Below, piece by piece: positions 49,714-59,775 of a stretch of 64,000 nucleotides of DNA. The notes beneath the pieces are model-generated. The model worked only from the letters and a program-made list of their open reading frames with translations. It had not been told where the DNA came from and made no database searches. This DNA comes from Alphaproteobacteria bacterium (lineage in GTDB: Bacteria > Pseudomonadota > Alphaproteobacteria > UBA828). How positions within the stretch are numbered: the stretch's first letter is position 1; each line of letters opens with the position of its first letter. The position numbers and the translations under genes are program-made. Location: assembly GCA_965214705.1 (NCBI GenBank), contig CBDCCI010000002.1:1984001-2048000 (forward strand). Direction: 5' to 3'.

Positions 49714-50442
49714 TTACGGCGACCCGCCCCGGCCGGAGAGGGGCACGACCGTCGTGGAGACCGCCTCGGCGGGGTCGTCCTCTTCGGTGTCTTCGGGCAC
49801 ACACCTGCCCTCTTCCTCCGACGACAACCGAGCGGACGCCTCGTCTTGTCCTTCCGCCGCCGGGTCAGGGCTGTCGAGCAGGCCCGCAGCCTCCAGCTCG
49901 TCGACGCCGGGAAGGTCGTCGAGGCTTTCCAGCCCGAAATGCTCCATGAATGACGGCGTGGTCACCCAGGTGACGGGGCGGCCGGGCGTGCGCCGGCGCC
50001 CCTTCGGCGCGATCCAGCCGGCCTCCAGCAGGATGTCGAGCGTGCCCCGCCCCAGGTGGACACCGCGAATCTCTTCCACCTCCGCCCGCGTCACCGGCTG
50101 GTGGTAGGCGATGATCGCAAGCGTCTCCAGAGCCGCGCGCGACAAACGCCGGCGGACCACCCTGTGTACGGCCAGGTGGTCGGCCAAATCCTGGGCGGTG
50201 CGGAAGGTCCAGCCGCCGGCGACCTTCACGAGATGGATGCCGCGGTGCTCGTAGAATGCGGCGAGCGCCGCGAGCTCCCCCTCGACATCGATGCCGTCCG
50301 GCACCTGCGCCGCGAGCGTCGCGGCATCGACCGGCCGGCCGGCCGCGAAGATCATCGCCTCCATGATGCGGCGCGCTCGGGCCGCACGCTCCTCGTCCTC
50401 GGTGGGCTCTGCGGACAGTGACGGCTCGGGCGAATCGGTCAT
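49714..50442 (-). CDS. scpB: SMC-Scp complex subunit ScpB
   Basis: Motifs LSRAALETLAIIAYHQPVTRAEVEEIRGV and FGLESLDDLP. Confidence 0.95.
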   Translation of the reverse strand: MTDSPEPSLSAEPTEDEERAARARRIMEAMIFAAGRPVDAATLAAQVPDGIDVEGELAALAAFYEHRGIHLVKVAGGWTFRTAQDLADHLAVHRVVRRRLSRAALETLAIIAYHQPVTRAEVEEIRGVHLGRGTLDILLEAGWIAPKGRRRTPGRPVTWVTTPSFMEHFGLESLDDLPGVDELEAAGLLDSPDPAAEGQDEASARLSSEEEGRCVPEDTEEDDPAEAVSTTVVPLSGRGGSP

Positions 50443-51260
50443 GTCTCTTCCCGCCTCCGGCGGAGGTAGATCGGGCCGAACGGTTCCAACTGGCGAAGCT
50501 GCAACTGGCCCTCGCGCGCAAGCTCCAGCGACGCAGCCAATGTACTCGCCACGCCCGAGCGCGCGGCCGCATCGCTCTCGGGGCCAGGGCCGCTCGGCAG
50601 AAAGCGCTCCAGGATTTCCCAGTCCGGCGTGCTGCCCAGCAACTGAGTCAACCGCTTGTAGGCGTCTTCCATCGAGTGATAGGCGCTGAGCTCGATCAGC
50701 AGACCGCGGGGTTTACGGCGGATGCGATGGGCGGCATAGGCGCGCAACAGCTCGACGAGCGTGCCCTCGTGCAGCGCTTCCTCATGCACGGGCAGGCCCT
50801 CGGCGGCGCCGGCGGCGAAGACGTCCCGCCCGAGCTGCGGTCGGTCCATCAGGATCGCAGCGGCGTCGCGCATCGCGGCCAGGCGCCGCAGCCTGAGGGC
50901 GAGCGCGGCGGCCATCTCGGGCCCGCTCGGCTCCTCGGCGTCCTCCCCCTCGTCAGGCAGGAGCAGGCGCGACTTGAGGTAGGCGAGCCACGCCGCCATG
51001 ACCAGATAGTTGGCCGCAAGCTCCAAGCGAAGCCGGCGCGCTTGGGCGACGTAGTCCAGATACTGCTCGGCCAGCGCCAGTATCGAGATGCGGGCGAGGT
51101 CGACCTTCTGGTTGCGGGCCAGCGTGAGCAACAGGTCGAGCGGCCCCTCGAACCCGTCGAGATTGACGATCAGCGTAGGCTCGTCGCCGGCCGCGCTTGG
51201 GTCGCGCGCGGCCGAGCCCTCCGCGCTCGCGTCGTCTTCAAACGGTGTCAGATCGACCAT
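50439..51260 (-). CDS. scpA: Segregation/condensation protein ScpA
   Basis: Motifs FEGPLDLLLTL and YLVMAAWLAYLKSRLLLP; start at MVDLTP. Confidence 0.95.
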   Translation of the reverse strand: MVDLTPFEDDASAEGSAARDPSAAGDEPTLIVNLDGFEGPLDLLLTLARNQKVDLARISILALAEQYLDYVAQARRLRLELAANYLVMAAWLAYLKSRLLLPDEGEDAEEPSGPEMAAALALRLRRLAAMRDAAAILMDRPQLGRDVFAAGAAEGLPVHEEALHEGTLVELLRAYAAHRIRRKPRGLLIELSAYHSMEDAYKRLTQLLGSTPDWEILERFLPSGPGPESDAAARSGVASTLAASLELAREGQLQLRQLEPFGPIYLRRRREET

Positions 51261-51952
51261 GACACCAGTGCCTCCACGCCGAATAGGCCGACGATCAACT
51301 CGAAGGCCGCTGCCGTTGGCGGCAGGATGATCGCCGCCAGCGGGTTGAACGCGCTGCCGAACTCGGCCGCGGCCAGCGGCACGAGAAAGAACGCGACCAG
51401 CACGGCAATTATACCGAAGCGCTCGAGTCGCGCGAAACGCTCGGCATGGCGCGGCGGCAGCAGGCCGTGCACCACGCGGCCGCCGTCCAGCGGCGGCACC
51501 GGCAGCATGTTGAAGATGGCCAGCACCAGATTGATGACGATGCCGAGGGTGAACGTCGCCTGCCACCACTCCGCCAGCGATGCCGGAAGGGCCGTCGCCA
51601 CGTGGAGCAGCAACGCCGAGACGCAGGCCAGCAGGATGTTCATCCCCGGCCCCGCGAGCGCCACCAGGACCATGCCGCCCCTGGGGTTGCGCAGCCGCGC
51701 CGGGTTGACCGGCACGGGCTTCGCGAAGCCGAAGACGAAGGGCGCGCCAACGGCGATGAGCGCGCCCGGCAGCAGGATCGTGCCCACCGGATGAACGTGC
51801 TTGATCGGATTGAGGGTGATTCGACCAAGCCTCTGCGCCGTGTCGTCGCCGAGCTTGAGCGCCGCCCAGCCGTGCGCGGCCTCGTGCAGGGTGATGGCGA
51901 ATAGCACCGGTATCACCCAGACCGATGCGGCGAGGAGCCACGCCTCGATCAC
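51248..51952 (-). CDS. Site-2 protease (M50) family protein
   Basis: Motifs HEAAH, VALAGP and FNMLPVPPLDGG. Confidence 0.92.
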   Translation of the reverse strand: MIEAWLLAASVWVIPVLFAITLHEAAHGWAALKLGDDTAQRLGRITLNPIKHVHPVGTILLPGALIAVGAPFVFGFAKPVPVNPARLRNPRGGMVLVALAGPGMNILLACVSALLLHVATALPASLAEWWQATFTLGIVINLVLAIFNMLPVPPLDGGRVVHGLLPPRHAERFARLERFGIIAVLVAFFLVPLAAAEFGSAFNPLAAIILPPTAAAFELIVGLFGVEALVSWSI

Positions 51953-52983
51953 GGAGGGGTCACTCGAGCCAGCAGGGCGTCCAGTTCACATCGGCCGGCG
52001 GCTTGATCGAAGGGGTCGGGTTCGTGCCGCGACGCCAGCATGAGCTCGAATCTCTCCCGCGCGCGGCCGTCGAGTCGGGGCACGGCCGCCGCGACATCCT
52101 CCATTTCGTCGCGGTTTCCGTTGCAGTGAAGGTCCAGGTCGCAGCCGGCCGCGAGCGCGGCACGGGCTCGCTCGCCGATCGGCCCGGTCAGGGCGCCCAT
52201 GGAGAGATCGTCGCTCACCAACAAGCCGTCGAAGCCGATCGCGCCCCTCACAGTCTCCTCGATCACGGTCCTGGACAGCGTGCCGGGCCGCTCGGGGTCG
52301 AGCGCCTCATAGCATACGTGGGCCGTCAGTCCCGCCGGCACGTCGCGAAGCGCGTGAAATGGCTCGAAGTCGGAGGCGCCCATCACTTCGAGCGACGCGC
52401 GCACGCGTGGCAACACCGCGTGGCTGTCGGCAGCTGCGCGTCCGTGCCCAGGCAAGTGCTTGATGGCCGGCACGATGCCGCCCGCGGCAAGGCCGTCACA
52501 GACGGCCCGGCCCAATCGCCCCACCAAGTGCGGATCGGCGCCGAGCGAGCGGTCGCCGATGGCATTGCCAGCGTGGCCGAAGTGAAGGTCCAGCACCGGC
52601 GCGCAGTTGACCGTGATTCCGAGCGGATGCAGGTCGGCCGCCACCAGGCGGGCATTGAGCCATGCCGCGCGCGCGCCGGCGGTCTCGTCGATCTTGGCCA
52701 GCGCGCCGAGCAGTGCCGGCGCCGGCGGCACGCGCCAATGCGGCGAGCCGAGACGCGCCACGCGGCCACCCTCCTGGTCGATCAACACCGGCGCATCGGG
52801 CCGAACGATAGCCTCGCGCAGTGCCGTGATTAGCGCCCGTAATTGTTGCGGGGTCTCGCAGTTGCGCTTGAACAGGATGAAGCCTGCCGGATCGACATCG
52901 GCCATGAAGCGGCGCTCGTCCGCGTCAAGAACCGGGCCCGCGCAGCCGAGAATCACCGCTCGTGGCGCGGCGTGCTGCGTCAC
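51949..52983 (-). CDS. nagZ: Beta-N-acetylhexosaminidase (GH3)
   Basis: Motifs IDQEGGRV, KHLPGHG..DSH and SDDLSM. Confidence 0.93.
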   Translation of the reverse strand: MTQHAAPRAVILGCAGPVLDADERRFMADVDPAGFILFKRNCETPQQLRALITALREAIVRPDAPVLIDQEGGRVARLGSPHWRVPPAPALLGALAKIDETAGARAAWLNARLVAADLHPLGITVNCAPVLDLHFGHAGNAIGDRSLGADPHLVGRLGRAVCDGLAAGGIVPAIKHLPGHGRAAADSHAVLPRVRASLEVMGASDFEPFHALRDVPAGLTAHVCYEALDPERPGTLSRTVIEETVRGAIGFDGLLVSDDLSMGALTGPIGERARAALAAGCDLDLHCNGNRDEMEDVAAAVPRLDGRARERFELMLASRHEPDPFDQAAGRCELDALLARVTPP

Positions 52984-52990
52984 GCCGTCC

Positions 52991-54262
52991 TCAATCGCGC
53001 GCCACGAAGCACTCGCGCCCACGCGCCTTCAGCCGCTCGCAGACCCTCTGCGCCGCAGCCACGTCGGTGAGCGGACCGGCGCGCAGTCGATAGAAGATGC
53101 CGTTGTCGCCGCGATCGACCGGCATGATCAACGGGCTGAGGCCGGTGAGCGCATCGTCGTTGCGGCGGCGGAGCGTCTCCCAGAGCGTCTCCAATGGGCC
53201 TCTGGCGTTCGCGGTGCCGAGCTGAACGTAACGCCAGGCGCGGGGTTGATCCGTTGCCGATGAAGCGGGCGCTTCGCGAGCCGGCTCGGCCCGCGCTAGG
53301 CGGCGCGGTTTGTAAGGGGGCAGAGGCACCGGGTCTGCCTCTTCAGCCTGGGGGGACACGGGAGGCGCCCCAGAGTCTCGCTGCAGTACTTCTTCCACCA
53401 GAGCCAGCGTATCAGCCTCCAATTCCGGCGATTCCTCAACTGCGGATGTTGGCGCGCTTTCCCGCGTGGGGACTTCGACCGTGGCCGGCTCATCGAGCTC
53501 AGACAGTCGTGCCTCCTCGGCCAGTATTGCCGCAAGTGTTCCGGGCTTGGGCGGCGGAGGCAGCAGAACTCCGTCGATTTCCGAAATCCTGGGTTCGAGG
53601 GGGGCCGCTTCCTCGACCGCCGCGAACTCCGGGGGTCCGTCCGGCTCGAGCGGAGGTGCCTCTTCGAGCGAGATGGGCTCCGTCAGTGCCTCGGGTTCTG
53701 GGGGTGTCGCCTCTCCAGTCGTCGGGGAGAGCGCCGGTTCTTCGACGCCGCCTGTATCGGGTTGAAGCGCCGCCACCGCGGTATCTGCGCCAGACCCGGC
53801 CACTGCGAGCGCTTCGGCGCTGTCGGGCTCCGGCTTCGGCGGAGCCAGCGGTTGCTCCGGCGGCGGCAGGACTCGCTCCGGCGCTTCCTCGGGCTCGTCC
53901 GTCGTCAGCGTCTCGTAGATCAGCGTGCCCTGGTTCGGGATTTTCAACCCGCCGGGATCGTCGGGGCGCACCTTCCAGGGCTCCGCTGAAGCGGTGATGA
54001 GTGGCACCGAAGCCTCGTCCGGAGGCGGCCCTCCTCCGCCCCCCACCCGCTCGGTCACCGCCCAGGCGCCGCCCGCGAGCGCGGCAGCGCCCAAGAGTAT
54101 CCACACCGGAAGCAGCCGGGGGCGCCGGCTTTCCGCCCGCCCCTCGTCGGCTTGCTCGACTGGCTCCTGAGGTGCCGCCGGCGACTCCGCTTCCGGCGAC
54201 TCGGGCGCGGGCGGAGTCTCGGACGCCGACGGGGTCTCCGAGCCGTCTTCGCCGCCGCTCAT
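52991..54262 (-). CDS. SPOR-domain cell division protein (FtsN-like)
   Basis: Single TM, Pro/Glu-rich linker and C-terminal SPOR (VQLG...FYRLRAGP...C..LK...C); lies between argS and nagZ. Confidence 0.85.
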   Translation of the reverse strand: MSGGEDGSETPSASETPPAPESPEAESPAAPQEPVEQADEGRAESRRPRLLPVWILLGAAALAGGAWAVTERVGGGGGPPPDEASVPLITASAEPWKVRPDDPGGLKIPNQGTLIYETLTTDEPEEAPERVLPPPEQPLAPPKPEPDSAEALAVAGSGADTAVAALQPDTGGVEEPALSPTTGEATPPEPEALTEPISLEEAPPLEPDGPPEFAAVEEAAPLEPRISEIDGVLLPPPPKPGTLAAILAEEARLSELDEPATVEVPTRESAPTSAVEESPELEADTLALVEEVLQRDSGAPPVSPQAEEADPVPLPPYKPRRLARAEPAREAPASSATDQPRAWRYVQLGTANARGPLETLWETLRRRNDDALTGLSPLIMPVDRGDNGIFYRLRAGPLTDVAAAQRVCERLKARGRECFVARD

Positions 54263-56013
54263 CGCATCTCCTGCACCGGCTCGACTCCGAACAGCGCCAG
54301 CCCCTCCGCAATAACGATCCTGGCGCCGCTGATCAACGCAAGGCGCGCGCGCGTCTCCGACGGTCGCTCCGCATCGACGAAGCGCAGCCGTGCGTCGTCC
54401 TTCCCTCTGGTCCAGAGCAGATGGAAGGCGCCCGCAAGCTCTTGCAGATGATAGGCGATCCGGTGCGGTTCATGCGCTATAGCGGCGCCCGCCAGCACCC
54501 GAGGCCACTGGCAGAGCCGCCGGATCAGGTCAAGCTCGGCCGGGTCGTCCAGGCATGTGAGATCGGCGCGGGCAAGAGCGGCAGGCGTGAGCTCGTTCTC
54601 GGGCACGATCTCGGCCCCGCGGCGCAATGCCGAACACGCCCTGGCGTGGGCGTACTGGACGTAGAAGACCGGGTTGTCGCGCGACTGCTCCAGGACCTTG
54701 CGAAGGTCGAACTCAAGCGGGGCGTCGTTGCGGCGGGTCAGCACGATGAAGCGCACCACGTCACGGCCGACCTCGTCGACGACATCGCGCAGCGTCACGA
54801 AGCGCCCGGCGCGCTTCGACATGGCCACCGGCTTGCCGTCGTCGAGCAGCTTCACCATCTGGCAGATCTTGACGTCGAGAGTCGCCGAATCGTTGGAAAT
54901 CGCCGCAACGGCGGCCTTCATCCGCTTGACGTAGCCGCCGTGGTCGGCCCCCCACACGTCGATCAGGTCGGCGAAGCCGCGCTCGATCTTGTCGCGGTGA
55001 TAGGCGATATCGGTGGCGAAGTAGGTCCAGGCGCCGTCCGATTTCTTGAGCGGCCGGTCCGTGTCATCGCCGAATTCGGTAGCGCGGAACAGGCTCTGCT
55101 CGCGCGGCTCCCAATCCTCGTCACGCTTGCCCTTGGGCGGCTCCAGCACGCCACTGTAGATGAGCCCGGCACCCTCCAGCGCCGCGTACGAGTCGTCGAC
55201 CCGACCCTCGCCGACCAACGCGCGCTCCGAGCGGAAGAGATCATGCCGCACCCCGAGTGCGTCGAGGTCTTCGCGCACGAGGTCCATCATAGCCTTGATG
55301 GCGAAGCTGCGGACTTCCGGCAGCCAGACCGCCTCCGGCTCTGCCAGCCAACGTTGGCCGTCGCGGGCCGCAAGCGCCTCGCCCACGGGCACCAGATAGT
55401 CCCCCGGATAGAGCCCTTCGGGGATGTCCCCGATTGCCTCCCCGCATGCCTCACGGTAGCGGGCATGGACGGAGCGAGCGAGGGTGTCCACCTGCGCGCC
55501 GGCGTCGTTCACGTAGTATTCCCGCGTCACCGCGAAGCCCATATGGGCGAGCAGGTTGGCAAGCGCGTCGCCCACCACCGCCCCTCTGGCATGGCCGACG
55601 TGGAGTGGCCCGGTGGGGTTGGCGGAAACATATTCCACGTTGATGCGCTGCCCTTGACCCAGGTCATCGGCACCGTATCCGGGCCCGGTCGCGAGCAGCT
55701 CGGCCAACCGTGCCCACCAGAAATCGTCCGTCAGCCTCAGGTTGACGAAGCCGGGACCGGCCACTTCGATCGAGCGAATTTCCACGTGCTCTCGCAACCT
55801 CTCCGCGAGTTGCTCGGCGATCTCGCGCGGCTTGCGGCGCGCCTGCTTGGCCAGCACCAGCGCCGCGTTGCAGGCCGCATCGCCGTGCTCCGCCTCGCGC
55901 GGCGGCTCCACCTGGACTGCCGAGAGATCGATCCCGGCGGGCAACGCGCCGGCATCGCACAACTCCTCTATTTCTTTGTGAATAACCTCTGACAAGTGAC
56001 TGAAAACATTCAT
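54259..56013 (-). CDS. argS: Arginine--tRNA ligase
   Basis: Motifs [22 protein letters not shown] and FYVQYAHAR; start at MNVFSH. Confidence 0.97.
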   Translation of the reverse strand: MNVFSHLSEVIHKEIEELCDAGALPAGIDLSAVQVEPPREAEHGDAACNAALVLAKQARRKPREIAEQLAERLREHVEIRSIEVAGPGFVNLRLTDDFWWARLAELLATGPGYGADDLGQGQRINVEYVSANPTGPLHVGHARGAVVGDALANLLAHMGFAVTREYYVNDAGAQVDTLARSVHARYREACGEAIGDIPEGLYPGDYLVPVGEALAARDGQRWLAEPEAVWLPEVRSFAIKAMMDLVREDLDALGVRHDLFRSERALVGEGRVDDSYAALEGAGLIYSGVLEPPKGKRDEDWEPREQSLFRATEFGDDTDRPLKKSDGAWTYFATDIAYHRDKIERGFADLIDVWGADHGGYVKRMKAAVAAISNDSATLDVKICQMVKLLDDGKPVAMSKRAGRFVTLRDVVDEVGRDVVRFIVLTRRNDAPLEFDLRKVLEQSRDNPVFYVQYAHARACSALRRGAEIVPENELTPAALARADLTCLDDPAELDLIRRLCQWPRVLAGAAIAHEPHRIAYHLQELAGAFHLLWTRGKDDARLRFVDAERPSETRARLALISGARIVIAEGLALFGVEPVQEMR

Positions 56014-57170
56014 CTCCACAGCACCGTATCGAAGAGATTGCGATGTTCCTGGATGGCGAATCGATCCGTCATCCCGGCGACGTAGTCGGCAACGACGCGC
56101 GCCGTGCTCAGCGTTCGCGGTCCGTCGCACCGGGCCCGCCACTCCTCGGGCAGGCATTGCGGCTCGTCGATGAAGAGCTCGAAAAGCTCGCCCACCGTCC
56201 TGCGTGCCTTGCTGGCCATCCGGTTGACCTTGTGATGTCGATACATGCGCTCGCGCAGGAACGCCTTCAACCCCTCACCGTGGGCCTGCATGGTGTCCGA
56301 GAAGGCAATCAGTGGAGTGCCGTGGCGGCGCACAGCCTCGACATTCGCCGGCCTTGCCTCCTCCAGGCGTTGCCGGCTGGCATCGATCACGTCCTCAACC
56401 ATGGCGCCGATCATGCGCCGAACGGTCTCGTGAATCCGGCGGCTCTCCTCGCCTTCCGGGTGATCGGTGGCGACCTCATCCAGTATTTTGCCAACCAGTG
56501 GGACGTCCCTCAGATCCTTGACGGCGAAGAGGCCCGCGCGCAGCCCGTCGTCCACGTCGTGATTGTTGTAGGCGATATCGTCCGCCAGTGCCGCGATCTG
56601 AGCCTCCAGGCCGGCGTGGGTGTGAAGCTCCAGGTCGTGACGGGCCGAATAGGCCTCGATGGCACCGGGGGTTGCTTCCTCCGGGCGCGGACCATTGTGC
56701 TTTGCCACTCCTTCCAGGGTCTCCCAGGTCAGATTCAGACCGTCGAAGTCGTTATAGCGCTGTTCCAGTGCGGTCAGGATGCGCATGGTCTGCGCGTTGT
56801 GATCGAAACCGCCGTAGGGTTCCATCGCCTGGTCGAGCGCGCTCTCGCCCGCATGGCCGAAGGGCGGGTGCCCGAGGTCGTGCGCCAGCGCCAGCGCCTC
56901 GGCGAGGTCCTCGTCCACCCCGAGAACACGACTGATCGAGCGCGCGATCTGCGCCACCTCCAGGCTGTGAGTGAGGCGCGTGCGGTAGTGATCCCCCTCG
57001 TGATAGACGAAGACTTGCGTCTTGTGCTGGAGCCGGCGGAACGCCGCGCAGTGGATGATGCGGTCGCGGTCGCGCTGGAAGGCGGTCCGCGTGCGGCTTT
57101 CCGGTTCTGGGTAGAGACGCCCGCGGCTCCTCTCGGGAAACGAGGCGTAGGCCGCAGCCGCGCGGGGCAT
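56010..57170 (-). CDS. dgt: Deoxyguanosinetriphosphate triphosphohydrolase
   Basis: Motifs [34 protein letters not shown] and [11 protein letters not shown]. An upstream GTG at about 57206 is possible. Confidence 0.95.
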   Translation of the reverse strand: MPRAAAAYASFPERSRGRLYPEPESRTRTAFQRDRDRIIHCAAFRRLQHKTQVFVYHEGDHYRTRLTHSLEVAQIARSISRVLGVDEDLAEALALAHDLGHPPFGHAGESALDQAMEPYGGFDHNAQTMRILTALEQRYNDFDGLNLTWETLEGVAKHNGPRPEEATPGAIEAYSARHDLELHTHAGLEAQIAALADDIAYNNHDVDDGLRAGLFAVKDLRDVPLVGKILDEVATDHPEGEESRRIHETVRRMIGAMVEDVIDASRQRLEEARPANVEAVRRHGTPLIAFSDTMQAHGEGLKAFLRERMYRHHKVNRMASKARRTVGELFELFIDEPQCLPEEWRARCDGPRTLSTARVVADYVAGMTDRFAIQEHRNLFDTVLWR

Positions 57171-57202
57171 GGCCGGCGCAGTAGCGTTGCTGGTGCTCAC
57201 GC

Positions 57203-57715
57203 TCACATCTCGCCCGCAGGACCGCGGATGGCGTGGAGCCGCTTCGTCGGCAGCAGGAGCGGCGGCGGCACCGCGTAGAAGTTGTTGGCCCCTGTCGCTT
57301 CCTCCTCCGGTGCGTCCACGTCGCTGCCCTCTTCCGCCCTCTGGATTACCACATCGTGACCAGAGCGCCGGGTCTCGCGCATGACGGACTGGAGCCGCTG
57401 GGCTGCCGCCTGGTCCCACGGCAGTGCATAGAAGCGGGGCGTCCCATCGACGGAAAGCCAGAGATAGATCGCCTCGTCCTCGCGCAGTGCGGCCGAAAGC
57501 ACATGCGCTCCGGACACGTCCATCATGTCCAGAGAAAGCGGCTTCGGCCGTGAGAGCAGCATGGAATAGCTGAAATAGCCGATCACGACGAGGGCGGCGA
57601 GCAGGCCGACGGCAACGGCCTTCCACTGCGCCCTGCGCCTGGACCAGACCGCAATGCTGGCCAGCGCGGCTCCCACCAGCGCAAGGGCGACATAGAGATA
57701 GGCGAAACTATCCAC
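57203..57715 (-). CDS. Hypothetical membrane protein (2 TM plus soluble domain)
   Basis: Two hydrophobic helices, then LLSRPKP...AIYLWL...PRFYALPW; translationally coupled to the upstream gene. Confidence 0.75.
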   Translation of the reverse strand: MDSFAYLYVALALVGAALASIAVWSRRRAQWKAVAVGLLAALVVIGYFSYSMLLSRPKPLSLDMMDVSGAHVLSAALREDEAIYLWLSVDGTPRFYALPWDQAAAQRLQSVMRETRRSGHDVVIQRAEEGSDVDAPEEEATGANNFYAVPPPLLLPTKRLHAIRGPAGEM

Positions 57716-58352
57716 CCGGCCGCCCCTCGAGCAGGCGGTTGTGGGCCCGGGCGTACTCCATAATGAGGGAGTGTTTGACGTCGTTGACGCTGCCGTGCAC
57801 GAGCGCACCCTTGCCGGTCAGCGCGAAGCGGAACACGGTCAGCTCGTGGCGGAGAAAGCGCAGCTCGACCTCCTTCTTCAGGATCGGAGTCGGCCTGTCC
57901 TCGCCCTCCCGCTTGACACTGACGACCACCTGAACTGCGACCGGCGTCGGCTGGATCGGGTCCTCAAGCCGGTAGGCCTGAACGTTGACGATCCATTCGC
58001 CTGCCACGATGCCGCGACTGTAGACAATCTCGTAATTGATGTCGGTAAGGTCTTGAAACAGGCCGAGATCGTCACGCAGAAGATTGACCACCTCGTTGCC
58101 CTTATTGGGGAAGCCCACCGGCGCCCGCTCCGGCGCCTTGACCCAAAGATCGATGTCGGCATCGCGGTCCGACGCCCACAGGAGCTCGATGATCACGTTA
58201 CCGGGATCGCTGATCCCGTCGGTCTCGCTCTCGACCTCCGCACCTGTATTGAGAAACGGCAACAGCATGAGCACCATCGCGACGAAGGCGGCGAGCGCGA
58301 GCAGCGTGACGTCGCGAAAGATCGTGCCGCTGTCGTCGTCAAACTCTTCCAT
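57708..58352 (-). CDS. Single-TM protein with an ExbD/MotB-like TM Asp and a YfaP/DUF2135-like soluble domain
   Basis: TM segment FRDVTLLALAAFVAMVLMLLPF and motif IELLW...DADIDLWVKAP. Confidence 0.65.
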   Translation of the reverse strand: MEEFDDDSGTIFRDVTLLALAAFVAMVLMLLPFLNTGAEVESETDGISDPGNVIIELLWASDRDADIDLWVKAPERAPVGFPNKGNEVVNLLRDDLGLFQDLTDINYEIVYSRGIVAGEWIVNVQAYRLEDPIQPTPVAVQVVVSVKREGEDRPTPILKKEVELRFLRHELTVFRFALTGKGALVHGSVNDVKHSLIMEYARAHNRLLEGRPGG

Positions 58353-58932
58353 TGGCCGCAAGGAGCTCGCTGTAGAGGGTGGAGGTACCGGTTGCCAGCA
58401 TACGGTAGTTGACGGTGAGCCAGAGGCCCAGAACGGCGCCTTCGAGAGTCGTGTAGAGCGCGACCGACATGCCGCTGATAAGGGTCGAGATCATCGGCTG
58501 CACGGCGGCGAGGGTGCCGGCTTCCTCCGCCGAGACGCCGGAGAGCGCGATGATGAAGCCCGCCACCGTGCCGATCAGCCCGAGCACGACCAGCGCGGCC
58601 GCGATCTGCCGGACTACCGCGATACGGCTGAAGAGCCGCGCCTTGAGCGCCTCGGCCATCAGCTCCGGGCGGACGGACGGACTGGTCCAGTCGGCGGGGA
58701 GGTCGACCGTCTCGCCTTCTTCCAGCCTGTTGAGGGCAGCGCTTGTCTTGAACAGACGGTAACCGCAGAGCGCGAGGCCCACTGCGAAGACGCCGAAGAT
58801 CACGAAGACGAGGCCGGTGGGGTCCGCCTCGGCAATCCGTGCGATCCAGCCCTGGGCGCCGGCGAGCCCGAGCAGCGCCGCGCCTACGATATTGACGATC
58901 AGGAACCGGTAGAGGAGCAGATAGCGGCGCAA
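58339..58932 (-). CDS. MotA/TolQ/ExbB proton-channel family protein
   Basis: LGLIGTVAGFIIAL...GMSVALYTTLEG; TTG start after AGGAG. Confidence 0.82.
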   Translation of the reverse strand: MRRYLLLYRFLIVNIVGAALLGLAGAQGWIARIAEADPTGLVFVIFGVFAVGLALCGYRLFKTSAALNRLEEGETVDLPADWTSPSVRPELMAEALKARLFSRIAVVRQIAAALVVLGLIGTVAGFIIALSGVSAEEAGTLAAVQPMISTLISGMSVALYTTLEGAVLGLWLTVNYRMLATGTSTLYSELLAANGRV

Positions 58933-59075
58933 CCGGTCGACTCCTGGGTCGTGGCGGCGGCCCGCGCGGGCGCTACGCGCCCAGACCAGCGCTCCCGACC
59001 GTCTATCGAACGTAGGCGCCTGTCAATGGTGGCGTCCCTGTCCTACAGACGATGCTAAAGGAGGATGCCGGGCCA

Positions 59076-59363
59076 TCAGGCCGCTGCAAAGCGCTCTACT
59101 TTAATTCGCTGAGCGCGGTCGCGGGCCTGCCAAAGATCATAAGCCATTTGCATCCCAAGCCAGGTCTCGGGTGTGGAGCCGAACGCCTTCGACAGCCGTA
59201 TTGCCATATCGATTGAAACGCCCGTGCGCTCGTTAATCAGTTCGGAAAGTGCTTGGCGTGTGACCCCAAGTCCCTGAGCAGCCCGTGTCACGCTTAGCCC
59301 CAGTGGCTCCAGACATTGCCGCTTCACGATCCCTCCCGGATGCGGCGGGTTGTGCATCGCCAT
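59076..59363 (-). CDS. higA: HigA-family antitoxin (HTH-XRE)
   Basis: Motifs HNPPHPG, LGVTRQALSELIN and MAIRLSKAFGSTPETWLGMQ. Confidence 0.93.
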   Translation of the reverse strand: MAMHNPPHPGGIVKRQCLEPLGLSVTRAAQGLGVTRQALSELINERTGVSIDMAIRLSKAFGSTPETWLGMQMAYDLWQARDRAQRIKVERFAAA

Positions 59364-59374
59364 GTCCCGTCTCC

Positions 59375-59653
59375 TCAGTGATAGTCGACGTAATCGACGT
59401 CGACCGCCGACCCGTCCACGAACCGAAAGGTCACACGCCAGTTTCGCGATACCGAAACTGCGTAGTGCCCCTTCAATCGTCCCCTCAACTCATGCAGCCG
59501 GAAACCCGGCATCTTCATGCTTTCGGGCCTGCGACTGTTGTCGAGCGCTGCCAATATATCCCTCAGTCTTTGGACGTGCTCCGGCGCCACCCATCGGTCC
59601 GTTCGGCCATCGTAGAGCGCGTTCAAGCCCCGATGCCGGAACGACTCAATCAT
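59375..59653 (-). CDS. higB: HigB/RelE-family toxin
   Basis: Motifs MIESFRHRGL, FRLHELRG, SVSRNWRVTFRF and VDYVDYH; the toxin lies upstream of the antitoxin. Confidence 0.93.
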   Translation of the reverse strand: MIESFRHRGLNALYDGRTDRWVAPEHVQRLRDILAALDNSRRPESMKMPGFRLHELRGRLKGHYAVSVSRNWRVTFRFVDGSAVDVDYVDYH

Positions 59654-59665
59654 CGTCTAAACCTA

Positions 59666-59695
59666 AACTGTCGCCTGACAGTTGACAACTGTCAG
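59666..59695. promoter_or_regulatory. Overlapping palindromes, probable HigA operator
   Basis: AACTGTC-GCCT-GACAGTT (59666-59683) and CTGACAGTTG-A-CAACTGTCAG (59675-59695), directly upstream of higB. Confidence 0.7.
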
Positions 59696-59775
59696 CGCCC
59701 CCCATTCGGACAAGTGCCGCCCAGCCTTGTGCGGGTCTATCATGTCCCAAGCTTCTAGTTGCCGGAGAAACCCAG

